In this document: positions 11,446 through 24,450 of the stretch, piece after piece
Position numbering within the stretch: the first letter of the stretch is position 1
Layout: each line of letters starts with the position of its first letter
Source: Stegostoma tigrinum
Lineage: Eukaryota
Direction: 5' to 3'
DNA: 64,000 nt
Assembly: GCF_030684315.1 (NCBI RefSeq)
Contig: NC_081381.1
Coordinates: 34,206,784 to 34,270,783 of the forward strand
Notes under the pieces: model-generated
What the model was told of the DNA's origin: nothing
Databases searched by the model: none
Seen by the model: only the letters and a program-made list of their open reading frames with translations
Program-made: the position numbers and the translations under genes

Positions 11446-14400
11446 GGCATGACCATTATGTTCATTGCTCACTTCGGGTCTAAGTGAGAGACGGGAAGTC
11501 CAGCACATGAATCATTCCAACATGGACTAAATCAAGGCAGAGGGGGGTAGGTGGTAGGGTCATCACCTATCCCTGGCCACCCCACCTAATTGAAGACCCT
11601 CACCAAAACCCACCTCAGGAAGAGCGTTTTAGATTCCATCCCTTGCTTACACTTTGGACGTTCTGAGATGGGCTAAAATTTGAGCAATTCCTAAAATGAT
11701 ATTGTACTGATTGCAGTCTCCTTACTGTGAATGAATTAAAGAATCTGATAATAATTATTAATGAAGGAACTTCAGCCTTAGAAGAGAGAGTTGAGGCAAG
11801 GGCTGGTGTTGATCAATGGCAGTATTTCAAACCAGGTTTTTAGTGCATGGGCCACCTAGCTTACACAGTTCCTGAATCCAATGGAAAGGAGGGTCAGGAG
11901 GATCAGGTAAGTATACAAGGGGCTCCCCAGCAATTTGCTCAAAGACTAATTGAAACCAAAGGAGCCATCATAATGCAATTCTGGCTTTTGCTCGCCATCT
12001 ATATTTTTCGAGCAGACTTTCTACGATACTGAGGCCATTTGAAGTTGTCTTGCTGTTGTGCTGGGTGAGACGAGCCAACTCAAGCCAGGCTGGGAGCAAA
12101 TTCCACACTCTGTCTTGTGTGGTTCAGTGACTCACCCTTCTGACATCCTGAGTGGACTTCTGCTCAGCAGTTTGCAAGCGCTCACACACTATATGTAGCG
12201 CCAGGAAAGAGGGAAGGCAATAGAAGAAAATGTGTAGACTGTCATTTAATATTTCCAATAACAATGCACAGTAATGGATGCAAGAGAACATTTATCTTGT
12301 CTAGACAAGGGACGTGAATGAATAATGAGACATTAAGCTGCAACATTTAGTGGAGCAGTTAATAGATTGATGCTTGGATGAGTGAAATGAGAGTCAATTA
12401 ACTGGATGAGAGTCCACAAGGACGTACGCATTCTAACAGGGTAATCAATAAGGAGATAAGTGACTTTATCATTACCATTTTATGTCGCTAAAGGTGAGAG
12501 GTGTCAGTACTGGGGACATGAGGATTTCCAATTTAAGATACACTCATTAAAATAAACACATCAAAACAATAATTTGCAATTATACAGCACAGTTAATGTA
12601 ATAAAGCATTCCAAGGCACAAACAAATTTTCACACTAAGTCATTTAGGAAGATTTTAGGACAGGAGACCAAAAGCTGCATTATAAGATGTTTTTCAGGTA
12701 TCATCTAAGAAAGAGAAAGAGGGAACCTCAGATGTTAGTGCACCAGGAGATGAATGCACAGGCACCACTGGCTGAGCAATTAAAGTCAAGGACACTCAAG
12801 AGGCTATAACTGGATGAGCGTAGGTGCCTCAGAGATGTTGCAGGGCTGGAGGAGGTTACAATGATACTTACAGGCAGGTAGAGCTTTTAGAATGAGAGAC
12901 ACAATTTTAAAATCAGGGGTTTACCAGGCAGGAAGCCTGTAGGTCAGTGAGCACAGAGTGAGGGATCTCTGGGACTTGCTCTAAGGTAGAAGCAGCAGAG
13001 TTCTGTGTGAGCTCATGAAGATGAGTTGGCGATCAGAACCACATTGAAATAATCAAGTGGGATCTTATGGAGGTGACCAAGTCCAGCTGCCAGCTGGGAA
13101 ACTGTTGAGAGACCCTCTTTGCTGCCTTTGGGGAAGGTCTTCCAAAACCACAATCCAAACAGGCAGTGGAGAGGCCACCAGACAGCTGTTCCCCTTGACT
13201 CATGCAGTGGGCGGGGAAGGGGGATTGGTGACCCTCTGCTGAGACCCTCAGGTCAATAAGAAGCCAGAGTTGGGGAGGTGCTGGTGGCTGGTGCTGGAAT
13301 GTCAACCACTAGAGGTCCAGGATTGACAGGCTTTGGGTAATCCATGGCAGGAGGATCATGAGGGTGGTATATTTGGGGAGAGGTCAGGTGCAATTGATTC
13401 TAAACAAAAGGGACATTGTGACCATCGAGTCTAGCTCTAATTTTGGGGGTATGTCCTTTTTGTTTTGGATCAACCTACCCCCTCACATATCCCTGAAAAT
13501 TAGCCTTAGGCTGAATGGGTACAAAGCCATTCTCTTGTATGATGTTTAGAAAATAAGCATCTCTCAGTATTCTCGTAACAGGGTCACATATTATGCCCAC
13601 TGACTGGCATGTTCTAACAGCAGTCACAGAATCGCCATCTAAAGCACCAATGTCTTCAATTTACTAACTCAGCGGATGCCACGGTGATCTCTATCAATTT
13701 GTACTAATCCAGGCATTACTGTCTCACTAAACAATCTAAGCACTTGTGGATTAATGCCTGGCCTAAAGGACGAATGTCCAGTGACCTAAGAGATATACAG
13801 CAAGGCATCCATGAGCTAAATATGGGGACCACCTGACTTCCAAACAATACAGCAAGCAAACCAACTGGGACTTGGTACTTTGTGCCTGTAACTAACTTCA
13901 GGTGTGAGACAGAAGTGGATATAGTGTTGTTTCAGAGGACACAATTTCTAGATTTTTTTCACTCTGAATGAAGCATTGTAATATAGTGGCTTTTAACTGG
14001 CAATGTGGATGTTCAGATTAAACTCTGTAGTAGGAAATAGCAATAGACCATAAGGTTTCTCTAAAGGAGCAGGACAGCTGATGTTTCAGGTTGGGACCCT
14101 ACTCCTGAAATTTCTGAAGAAGGGTCCCAACTCAAAACGTCAGCCTTCCCGCTCCTCTGATGCTGCTTGGCCTGCTGTATTCCTCCAACTCCACACTTTG
14201 TTGCCTCTGACTACAGCATCAGCAGCTCTTGCTATCACAGATTCTGTCTTCCCATTTGGTTATGTATATTGTAGTGGGGGGACCATGCATAGAATTAGGG
14301 TGTAGATAAAACGTGAAAATGTATCAAGAGTTCCAGCAGCATGGATCTAAAGACAGACAGCCTGGCTGTTAAGTGCATATATCAATTAATCATTAAAACC

Positions 14401-14609
14401 ATGTTACCAAATTGACGAATCAAGACAAGTTAACAAAGGAATTCGTTAGCTCAGCTGGGTGGACAGTTTGTCTCTGATGCACAGTGATACCAACAGCATG
14501 GGTTCAGTTCGTGCATTGGCTGAGATTACCATGAAGGACTGTCCCTCTCCCCTCTCCTGAGGTGTGGTAACCCTCAGGTTAAACCACCACCAGTTGTTTC
14601 TCTCTCTAT

Positions 14610-15095
14610 TGTGTTCAGTTCTGGTCACCATAAGCAAGAAGGATGTGGAAGCTACAGAAACAGCTTCCCAGGATGTTGCCTGGTTTTGAGGGTACTATCT
14701 GTGAGGGGAGATTGGACAAACTTGGTTGGTTTTCGCTTGAGAGGCGACCTGACAGAATTTTACAAAATTATGTGAGGGCACGGATAGTCAGGGTCTTTTT
14801 CCCAGGCTTAATTACTAGGGGACATAAGTTTAAGGTAAAAAGGGGTAAGTTTGAGTGAGCTGTGAAAGACAAGATTTTACCCAGAAGATGGTAAGTGCCT
14901 GGAATGTGCTGCAGAGGAGGTGGTGGGAGCACATACACTAGCAACGTTACAAAGACATCTTGACAGGTAAATGAATAGGCAGGGAATACAGGGACATGAA
15001 CGGCACAGAGGCAAAAGGTTTTAGTTTAGACAGGCATCGTGTGTTGGCGCAGTCATGGTGGGCCAAAGGGCCTGTTCCTGTGCTGTGCTGTTCTT
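14610..15095 (+). mobile_element. CR1/HER1 LINE 3' fragment
   Basis: CVQFWSP...QKQLPRMLPGFEG..RLDKLGWFSLERR...TRGHKFKV. Confidence 0.8.
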
Positions 15096-15492
15096 TATTC
15101 TTTTCTTTAGTTACTGAATGAAGATGCTTCTGTCCTGTTGCCAATGTCCAGGTGTTTAGAGTATCTGATGGTGGGAATAATGCACTAGTTTGTTTTTCAT
15201 TGAATGTGATTCTCCTAACTTGATGCTTTGTGTGCTCACATTGGAAAATGTCGGAATTAGACTCAATTAAGAGTCAGTCAACACTTGTTGGCAGATCGGC
15301 TTTCACTAAAACGAAGCCTTTTAACCCCTTCAGACACATATGTTACTGAGAAAGGTTTTCCCAGTACCCTGTCCCACATTTTCCACTTACCTTTCTCATT
15401 TTGTTTTGATATATATATTCTATCAGGAATCAAATCTGCACATATAAATATTTACCTAGAGAATGATTTTTTGGATCAGTTTAAGGCTGATT

Positions 15493-15800
15493 GGGGCAGC
15501 ACAGTAGCTTAATAGTTAGCACTACTGTCTCGCAGCACTAGGGACCCGAGTTCGATTCCACCCTTAGGAGACTGTCTGTGTGAAGTTTGCACTTTCTCCT
15601 TGTACCTGTGTGGGTTTCCTCCGGTGCTCTGGTTTCCTCCCATGGTCCAAAAATATGCAGGTTAGGTGGATTAGCCATGGAAAATTGCCCATAGTGTTGA
15701 GGGATGTGTAGCTTAGGGGTGGGTCTGGTTGGGATGTTCTGAGAGTTGGTGTGGACTTGTTGGGCCGAAAGGCCTGTTTCCACACTGTAGGGACTCTGTG
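15493..15800 (+). mobile_element. HE1/V-SINE SINE, near full length
   Basis: tRNA-like head (ggcagcacagtagct..., gttcgattcc), V-domain gtctgtgtgaagtttgcac...ggtttcctccc, LINE-derived tail. Confidence 0.85.
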
Positions 15801-16362
15801 ATGTTACAGAATCAGCCCTGATATGAGAGTTGGGTACAATCAACACTGCAGAGTCCCCTGATTTGAGTAATATACTCAGTGCTATTTTTACAGCAGTGAG
15901 CAGTGAAAGACCCTAGAAAACTGCAGAGAGGTATCTACATAGACCATAAGCAATGCAGAATGGATACTAAATGGTGGTTTAACTTACTGGAACTCTGAAC
16001 CTTCATGAGGAAACCTGATTATTAATGCACAAAGATGAAAGTGGGTGAACCATCTGTCATTCTATCCTCTCCTGAGATGGTTTCACACTTGCTTGGATAC
16101 TTAAAATTCACAAGTTTTGCATCAGTTCCTAATTTCCTGTTCTTGAGAAGCCTTTAGGGTGGCAATTTTGTGTTTTGTTTCGTTAATGCCAGCACAGCAA
16201 AGTTCTGGTGTGGGAGAGTCAGGAGACAGGGAGAGTCAGGAGACAAGGGGCTCAGATACACTAGCCTGGGCAATTGTCAAGAGACATTGGTTTGAGGGCA
16301 GGTTTGATGAGTTGCTGTTGTTTTGCTTGCTACATAAAAATATCTATGTTCATTTCTTCAAG

Positions 16363-16610
16363 GCTTTGATGCAATCCAATGCTCCTTGCCCAGGGATATG
16401 AGGAAGATTACACTCAACGAGTTATCTGACAACAGCTTCACAGAGTGTGAGTTCTCGCTGACTCTGACAGACTACTTGATTATCTTTTTCTCTGGGGTTT
16501 GTGTCTCCATCACTGCCATTACAACGAGCTTCTTCTTGGCCAATATTGTTCAATGCTTCCAGAGACTGGGATTATTCAAGGAAAGTGATGACGACGAAGA
16601 GAATAAGTAA
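16363..16610 (+). CDS. LRRC38: LRRC38 coding exon 2: end of LRRCT, transmembrane helix, acidic tail
   Basis: Acceptor catttcttcaag| at 16362; phase 1 gives G-FDAIQCSLPRDMRKITLNELSDNSFTECEFSLTLTDYLIIFFSGVCVSITAITTSFFLANIVQCFQRLGLFKESDDDEENK*, matching the recalled human exon 2; total 288 aa. Confidence 0.93.
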
Positions 16611-18333
16611 TGGCAAGAAACAGACACTAGATGAATACTTGTCATGTTATTTCCTCCATTTTTCATTTGCAAAGGAGTTGTGTTTTTACTTAAATATAAA
16701 GTTGCACATTATGTAATGCATCGGTTAGTCAGATATATGCATCTGTTGATAAAGATGAAATTATTGAAATGAATTAGTTTTTCTAGTTGAGGTTTTCCTA
16801 CAGTTGCTTGAATGTAGGAACAAGAGTAAGCTACTCAGCTTTTTGAGGCTGTGCCTCCAAAGGACTAATGGGATGAAGGATTTTATTATTTTCACAAGAC
16901 TAGACAACAAAGGAATAGGTCATGCCTCAGCCACGTGGACCCGTAGTATGTTGACACATGGAGTACTGTGAGCAATTCCAAGTACTACATTAAGGAAGGA
17001 TTATATTGTCCATGACAGTTTGGCCTTGGTTTTTGTTACCGGGTTAGGAACACAGAGATGGAACATTTCCCAGCTCTACGTGGCAACAAATTTCCTGGGA
17101 GTGTGCATTTTCATTTCAGAGAGAGAGGGTACTCTGGCAGGTAGACTGGGTAACCTCAGGGCGGAAGCTGCCGATTGTGGGTGCAGGTTGGCCACAGGAT
17201 CGGCCTGTCTGCACTGGCACTGCCCAGAAGATAACCCAAAAAAACCGATGAAACTAAAAACTGCCCTCCAGCCCTCATTTCTGATATCTCCTCACTCCCA
17301 GACACACTCCCCATTTCACATTAGTGCTAACCCCTATGCTATCTTATGTCCCTCTCCTCTTCCTCATGACACCTCATAACTGCAATGGCGTCTCATGCCC
17401 TGTATCTATCCTTGCCCTTTATAATCCTTATGCCAAAATTGGCAACTTATGTTAAACCATGCCCCTTTGCCTACCACTATCTGCTCTTTCACATACCCTG
17501 TCAACTCACCTAATGTCCCCAATGGGAGCCACATAGACCTGACAAAATAATTGCAAAGAGAACCTCTCTGATTCATAGAATACGTTTACCACATTTAAAA
17601 TTCTTTAATAGAATTTTTTTTTAAAAAACAGACATTTCATTCAAGTGCAACAAGCACTGAAACTCAAAGTCCCATATCCAAAAATCAAAAAAAATCATTT
17701 GTATCTGCCCATCAAACTGTAAAATGGAAGACACCCCACTATGATAACAGATCCTTGTGAAATCAGTCTTGCTACATTCATCCAGAAATGGAAATCCTCA
17801 AGATAATGGCAAAAGACAGACAAAACAGAAAGAAACCACTGTTTTTGAACTCTTCACACTTTTTTTTTCAAATATCAAAATGCTTGGAGTTTTATATGAT
17901 TTGACAGTCTTGACAAATCCCATTAACATTTTTCAAGTTTTAAAACCTTTGACAACTTGACAGTTCTTTAACAGCTTAGCTTCATTCAGAAGTTCTTGTC
18001 AGCTTGATAGTTCTGACTGGTTGATACATTTTTAGGTACATCCAATTCTACATGTAACAAGACCAAAAGGTCCCAGACACCCAAGAAAACCACCTGTCCC
18101 CACTTCAGCATCCCCTGCAGCAAGGACACCTGATTTCCCTTCACCACAAAGACCATATCAGAAGGGTACTCTACCTTTCCAAGTGTGCGCCCAAGCTATC
18201 CCAGTGAATGTACAACATCCAGAGCTTAGTAGGTCCAGTGCGCACACTACAGGAACAATATCCCACTTCAGGATGGCAGCTGATGATGTAAATGGCCAGC
18301 TCACTCCGTAAAACATGAATGGGTTTAACTCAG

Positions 18334-18759
18334 AGATAATGGGAACTGATGAAGGGTCTAGGCCGGAAACATCAGCTTTTGTGCTCCTGAGATGCTGCTT
18401 GGCCTGCTGTGTTCATCCAGCTCCACACTTTATTATCTTGGATTCTCCAGCATCTGCAGTTCCCATGATCTCTGATACAATTTTAACCTCACTGTGAAGC
18501 CTCTTCCAGGGATGCCTAACCTGAAGAAGTTACCCTTCTCCCTCCAGACCAACCTCAGGGAATCTCTCTCCACTGCAACTCTCTTGTCTCCTCTCCACCT
18601 ATCTTCTTTTCTCTCCATCTTTGGTCCGCCTCCCCCTCTCTCCCTATTTATTCCAGAACCCTCTCCCCATCCCCCTCTCTGATGAAGGGTCTAGGCCCGA
18701 AACGTCAGCTTTTGTGCTCTTGGCCTGCTGTGTTCATCCAGTTTCACATTTTATTATCC
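18334..18759 (+). mobile_element. Penelope-like pLTR cassette with two tandem hammerhead motifs, flanked by a 14-bp TSD
   Basis: TGGGTTTAACTCAG at 18320-18333 and 18760-18773; HHR cores at 18346-18373 and 18679-18706. Confidence 0.85.
18679..18706 (+). ncRNA. Minimal type I hammerhead ribozyme core (PLE-associated)
   Basis: CTGATGA-a-gggt-ctag-gccc-GAAAC-GTC: intact core boxes, helix II, palindromic ACGT in place of helix III, GUC cleavage triplet. Confidence 0.7.
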
Positions 18760-19160
18760 TGGGTTTAACTCAGTCTGAATCTAATCTCCCCCACAAGAAA
18801 GTGGGAAGTGTTGTATTCATAGGCAAGACTTCCAACTTTTGGCCTCTACTGCCATTTTTGCCACAACAGAGATGCTTTCTGTCATGCAGAAAGGCTGAGC
18901 CATTATTGTGTAGATTTACTCAGAATGTGTAGCATTGTGTTTCCTGGAATTTAGAAGGTAAAGGGTTGATTGGTCAATGTTTCCAAATTGTTAAAAATTG
19001 ATAGGATAGGTCGAGAGAATATATTTCTAATGGCCGGTAGTATTTTGCATAAGCGGTTTTGTCTATTCAATGAAACTAAACCATTCAGAATTGACATTAG
19101 GAAACACTTCAATGAATATAAACATTGAGAGCTCTCTTCGATAAATGGTAATTGAAGTTA

Positions 19161-19215
19161 ATAAAATGTGAGGCTGGATGAACACAGCAGGCCAAGCAGC
19201 ATCTCAGGAGCACAG
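19161..19215 (-). mobile_element. Short PLE 3' fragment inserted in a CR1 remnant
   Basis: 9-bp TSD TTGAAGTTA at 19152-19160 and 19216-19224. Confidence 0.75.
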
Positions 19216-22200
19216 TTGAAGTTAGATCAGTTGTTAACTTGAAGCCTGAGGCTCAAGGTGTTAAGTGCCTCCTCCCATTCCAGTATTTCCATTTCATTAT
19301 GTTATGGCTGACATGTACCTGAACTCCATGTACTCGCCCTGATTCTAGGTAATCTGGGGAAAGACTAGTTGAAGCTAGCTCTTTCACCTCAAGAATTTTA
19401 TACAGTCATGAGGATGTGCCTTGGTACTGTAAGCACGAAACTATAACTGAGATCTTCAGTCTGTTTCAGATGGGCACAATTTCCTGGTGCTTTTCAGGTA
19501 AAGGACTGCAGAATAGCTGTAAAAGAGCACCTTCCTGAATGCTGCCCTCTCTTGCAGGTCAGTTGGGTGATGGGTTGTATCAGTTCAACTCCCACAGACT
19601 CAGTGTTATCAGCAGGAGGCTTGATCAATCTGAGTTGTCAGGCTTCACTTAAATATAAGTGACAAGCTGCCAGCATTAATGTCATTATGTGGAGAAACAA
19701 GAGAAGCTGGTATTGTTCTCCCGACAGCAGAGAAGGTGAGGGGGGACACTCACAGAGGATTTGAAAATCGTGAAGAATGTTGCTCGAGTTTCCGAAAGAT
19801 GAAGGTTCTGCCAAAGGTGACATGAGGGAGTGAACAGCATTTCTTGTTGAAAAAACTTCAAGAAGACCAGCATCCTGTCACCAAGTTATCCTTCATTTAC
19901 ACGTGCAAAGTACATGGACTCTGACCAGCCAGCGCAGAGCCAGTCCCTAGAGTTAGGAGACTCTCTGAATCCCTATTTGGCATTTGTTTTGAATCAATCT
20001 CTTTGGAGATGTTATTACACACCTCTAGAGCAGGTGGGACTTGAATCTGGGCTTCTCAGGCCAGGGCTAGGGACACTGCCACTGCACCACAAGAGGGCCC
20101 GTAATCTCCTGCTTATATCTGTCAATCTGGGCTCCCTAATTGGCCTAGATCATCATCCCCAGTCAAGGATCTCACAGTCAATAGGATCCACCTAGCCCTC
20201 AATCCAGTTAGTATGGTTGTGATCTGGAATGTATTGTCTGATAGGAATAGTGGAAGCAAACTCAACATAAACTTTAAAATGGGAACTGTAAAAATACTAA
20301 AAATGGAAACATTACCAGGACAATGAGGGATGGAACTAATTGCTTGACGCATTCACAGTTACTCATTCACTGATACAAAATGCTGTGCGGCCTTCTTCTG
20401 TGTTTAGTGATTCACTATATTTAATTTGATTCAATATTGTTGGCCTAGTGGTATTTTTACTGGACTATTAATCCAGAGACCTAGGGAATGTTCTGCGGGT
20501 CTGAGTTTGAATCCATCGTGGAATTTGAATTCAACAAAAAGTTAAGAGTGCATTAATTGCTGACCATTAACCTACTAGATTGTCTGAAAAACCCATTTGT
20601 TTCACTAAAGCCCTTAAAGGAAGGAAACTACCATCCTTACCTTGGCTGGCCTACATGTGACTCCAGTTCCATGATAAGGTGGTTGACTCTCATCTGCCCT
20701 CTAGGCAATTAGGGATTAGCAATAAACTTATGGCCCAGATATGATCCCACAAATGAATAAAGAAAAATGTGCTGTTTATATTCAGCTTGCCATTTGTGCA
20801 AGTGATAACATGATGGGCCAGGTGGCCCTTTGCCATTTAAAAGCAAACAGCATCTCTTAAATGGGAAGTGTACTTTTCAAAAGTTGTCAGCGAACAGTGG
20901 GTTAGAATGGCATTTGTAAGGGCAGTCCAATTTTCACACAGAACCATGAAGATTCACATAGAGCAGGTGTTGTACAATTTCTTTCTTTGCAATGGGCAAC
21001 TTAAACCCTGGGAAATCAGTTAACAAACAGCAACAGGGTGACAGGACAAAGCCAGCAGTTCAGTTCTGAGGAGTTTCCTTCAATACAAGATGAAGTGTAA
21101 TTTTCTCAACAAGTTAGACTCCTGGTCAAACCTCTTACTCTCTGTATAGTTCTGTAATGTCAAACCTCAGCCCCAGTGCTTTTGGGCCCTGTCTCCCTCA
21201 CTTCCTCAGCTCCTCCCAGAAATACAATGTGACACAGTGCTACTAGCCCATTGTCAGCTTCCACTGCAGTTGCCCTTGCAATTATTGTGTTTAGCCAATG
21301 TTGATGTCTCTCCTGGTCAGCACTTGCACCATAACAAACTGCTTCAAACATCTTCAAATCCATTCTGCAATCTATTCTAAATCTCCTTGGAAACTGGTCC
21401 TTGCAGGCTGTGATCTCCATCCTCTCTTCTCCCTTGGCCAGACGTGTAATCTGATGAGAGGGGTCTAAAATTGTTTACCCAAAGGCTACAGCCTGATACT
21501 CCACTGGACAGGGCACTTGATAACACGGGGCTAATCTTACAACAGGAATGGATTATTCTACAGTGTGTCTGTACCCTCATGATTCCTTCAGTGGCGCTGA
21601 ATGGCAATAAGTATGTTGCTGGTGGCAGGATTCTTCAGACGTTGATCAGTATATCATGTGAATGAGGTTCGATGACATGGTTATCTTGGCTCAGTGAGTT
21701 AATCATTCCATCATCTTTGAGTCAGAATGTTAAGGGTTTGCGCTGCATTCTAAGCTAATTCGATCAGACAGCCGTTTCACATGCTGTCAGATTTGACCTT
21801 CCTTGTCTTCAGTGGAAAGTATTATCAAAAGAGAGGAAGAACAGTGATCACTCCATCACATCAGTTTCACTGGGTTAAAGTAACCCACCTTAAATTCATA
21901 ATACAGACCAATACTTTATGTCAGCAATGAGGAAGTGATGCATTATCAGGAGTGCTGTTTTTCAGATCAGTCGCTCAGCCGAGATCTCATCTGTCTTCTT
22001 TGATAAATCAAAAACATTCAACGGAGTGTTGCTGACTTCCCCCAGCTATCAATATAGATACATAAATGCCTAACATTCATTCCTCTCATCACTGGTTGAG
22101 GGGTCCTCCTTACAAATTGGTTGCTACATTTTTCAGGTGACAGTTCATTGACATCTGAACACTTTGTCAGGCCAAAGTCACAAAGACACAGGATAAATAC

Positions 22201-23799
22201 AAATTCTTTCTTTATGACCAACCTGAGCATTGATTCATAATTCTTTATTATATTCACTGACTTAATTTATGCAAATGTTTCCTTTCTTTGTCTCCAAAAT
22301 GCACTTAGCCATAATAGACAATTCAAGTCTGAAATTTCCATAGATTTCTCTGTGTTGATGACCATAGAGAAGATGATTTTGGGACTATTTTGAAGCAGGC
22401 CAACTAGCTAGCATTTAAACAGGCCACTTGGTTCATTAATGAGATGAAAGGGAATCAACTTAAGTCCAAATTCTCATGTCAAAATATTCTAATCATTCCA
22501 ATCAACAGAAAGTCAAACAATAAACCTTTATGACTTACTTGACTTAACAATAAAAATCTTAAAGTATGGGATTACAGTGCTTATTCATAAAGGATCTCCA
22601 ATTAAGGCATGACTGGTTTTGTGATGAGAAATGCAACATCAGTTATTTAACACAATAAACATTAACTTAGGAGTGTTTTGCTCTGATAGCAATTGCTTAG
22701 TGATATGGAGACTCCTGTTAAGTATTCCATAATGGTATCAGTGGCAATTTATTCCACCATGACACCAGTGCTGCTGCTATCCTCAATAAGATCATTTGGA
22801 TATCGCTATGACCAAGCATGTTAGCTGAACAGATTGAAATTAGAATAGTCTAATTTTTTTATTGAGGCCCAGAAACAGCACCAGATACTTCAACATGACA
22901 GAACACTTACCATGCGTTCAATGGGTGGTGGAAGCAGATTTAATTATAACTTTTAAAAGGGGATGGGATACATACTGGAAGCATTAAAAGTGCAGGAGTC
23001 TGAGGGAAGAGCGGAGTAATGGAACAAATTAGATAGCTCTAATAAACAGCTAGCACAAATATCATGGACTGAATACTTTGTTTCTGTGCTTATCAAATAT
23101 ATGGTTTTGTTGCTAACATCCAGCAAAATTAATCATGGATAAAGGCAATTTAAATGCTGATTTTTCCGCTCTGTTTGTTGAGGCAGTAATTAAGTGAGAG
23201 GAGATGACTGGGAACACGATCTCACTGAGATAACCATATAAATAATTTCACTGATCGGCAGGGAGTTGATTTACACCTGATTACTCGTGAAATTCAAGAA
23301 AAGATCTGGGTGTAATTTCCTGTATGATTGAGGATTACTGGTTAGCATGCTCATATGGTAATCCTAGCTTCACATTCATTCCTGTCCGGGTCAGAGATAT
23401 TAACTCTGTGTTTAAATACCAGGGCACAACACACAAAACAGTTGTAAGTGAGACAAGGTCACTCAAATAGCAGGAAACAGAAACAAGGAGGGTTTGGATA
23501 TCGTGTGTAATTAGTCACACTGCCACTCCATGCTGAGAAAACAAAGTGATTGGATACTAAAATGAAAAACTGCAGATGCTGGGAATCTAAAATGAAAACA
23601 CAAAATGCTGGCAATACCCAGCAGGGGTCCAGCAGTATCTGTGGACAGGGAATCAGGGCTAATGTTTTAGGTCAATGGCTTTTCCTCAATACTGGAAGAA
23701 GTCAGGGGGTCAACAGTTTGTAGCAATAACCAAAGCAAGGAAAAGGAGGGAGAGGAAGTAAGAACGACAAAGATGATCAATGAAAGGTGGAGGGTAATA

Positions 23800-24450
23800 T
23801 AGTTTAATAGATCTTAATTGCAAGGGGGAATGGACTGAAGTATAAACATTTTGGTGCTATTGTATCGAGCATTGGTGATGCCATACACAGGAAATGAGTG
23901 CAGTTATGGTTGCCTTTTTTTAAGAAGGGAGTTACTCGCATTGGAAACATTTCAGCGAAGTCTTGTAAGTCTAACAGTCTTACTTCGCTGATTCCTGCAT
24001 TGAAGTTGGCTGTCATGTGAGGAAAGATTGAGCAGTCTGAGTCTATCTTCATTAGAGGTTAGAAGAATGAAAGGTGATCTGTTGAACATAAAAGATCCTG
24101 AGAGTCCTTAACAAGATACCTGCTGAGAGGATGTTTACCCACTTGGGGGAATCCAGATCTAGGGGATACTGATTAAAAATAAGGGTTCTCCAATTTGAAA
24201 AGGATGTGAGCAGGAATTTGCTCCCTAGGGAAATTGCTAATGTTTAGAATGCTTTACCCCACATAACAGAGCAGGCTGGGTCATTCAACACTGAATTCGA
24301 TAAATTGTTAGTTGATAAGGAAGTCAAAGGTAATTGGAGGCATGGAGGAAAGTGAAAATTAAGTGAAAGTGAAATTAAGGCCACAAATAGTTCAGCCATG
24401 ATATTATTGAGTGGCAGAGCAGGTTCTTGGGGCTGAATGGTTTATATTTC
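23800..24450 (+). mobile_element. Degraded CR1 LINE 3' fragment
   Basis: gtgcagttatggttgcct...agaagaatgaaaggtgatct...ggctgaatgg tail. Confidence 0.6.

Noticed and set aside
15493-15565. tRNA-like A/B boxes
   Set aside because: Heads of tRNA-derived SINEs continuing into the V-domain; no full cloverleaf.
21160-21665. Overlapping ORFs in non-repeat sequence, possible fourth pseudogene copy or PRAME relic
   Set aside because: Reading the frames gave no recognisable motif and no similarity to the ETLWKE block.
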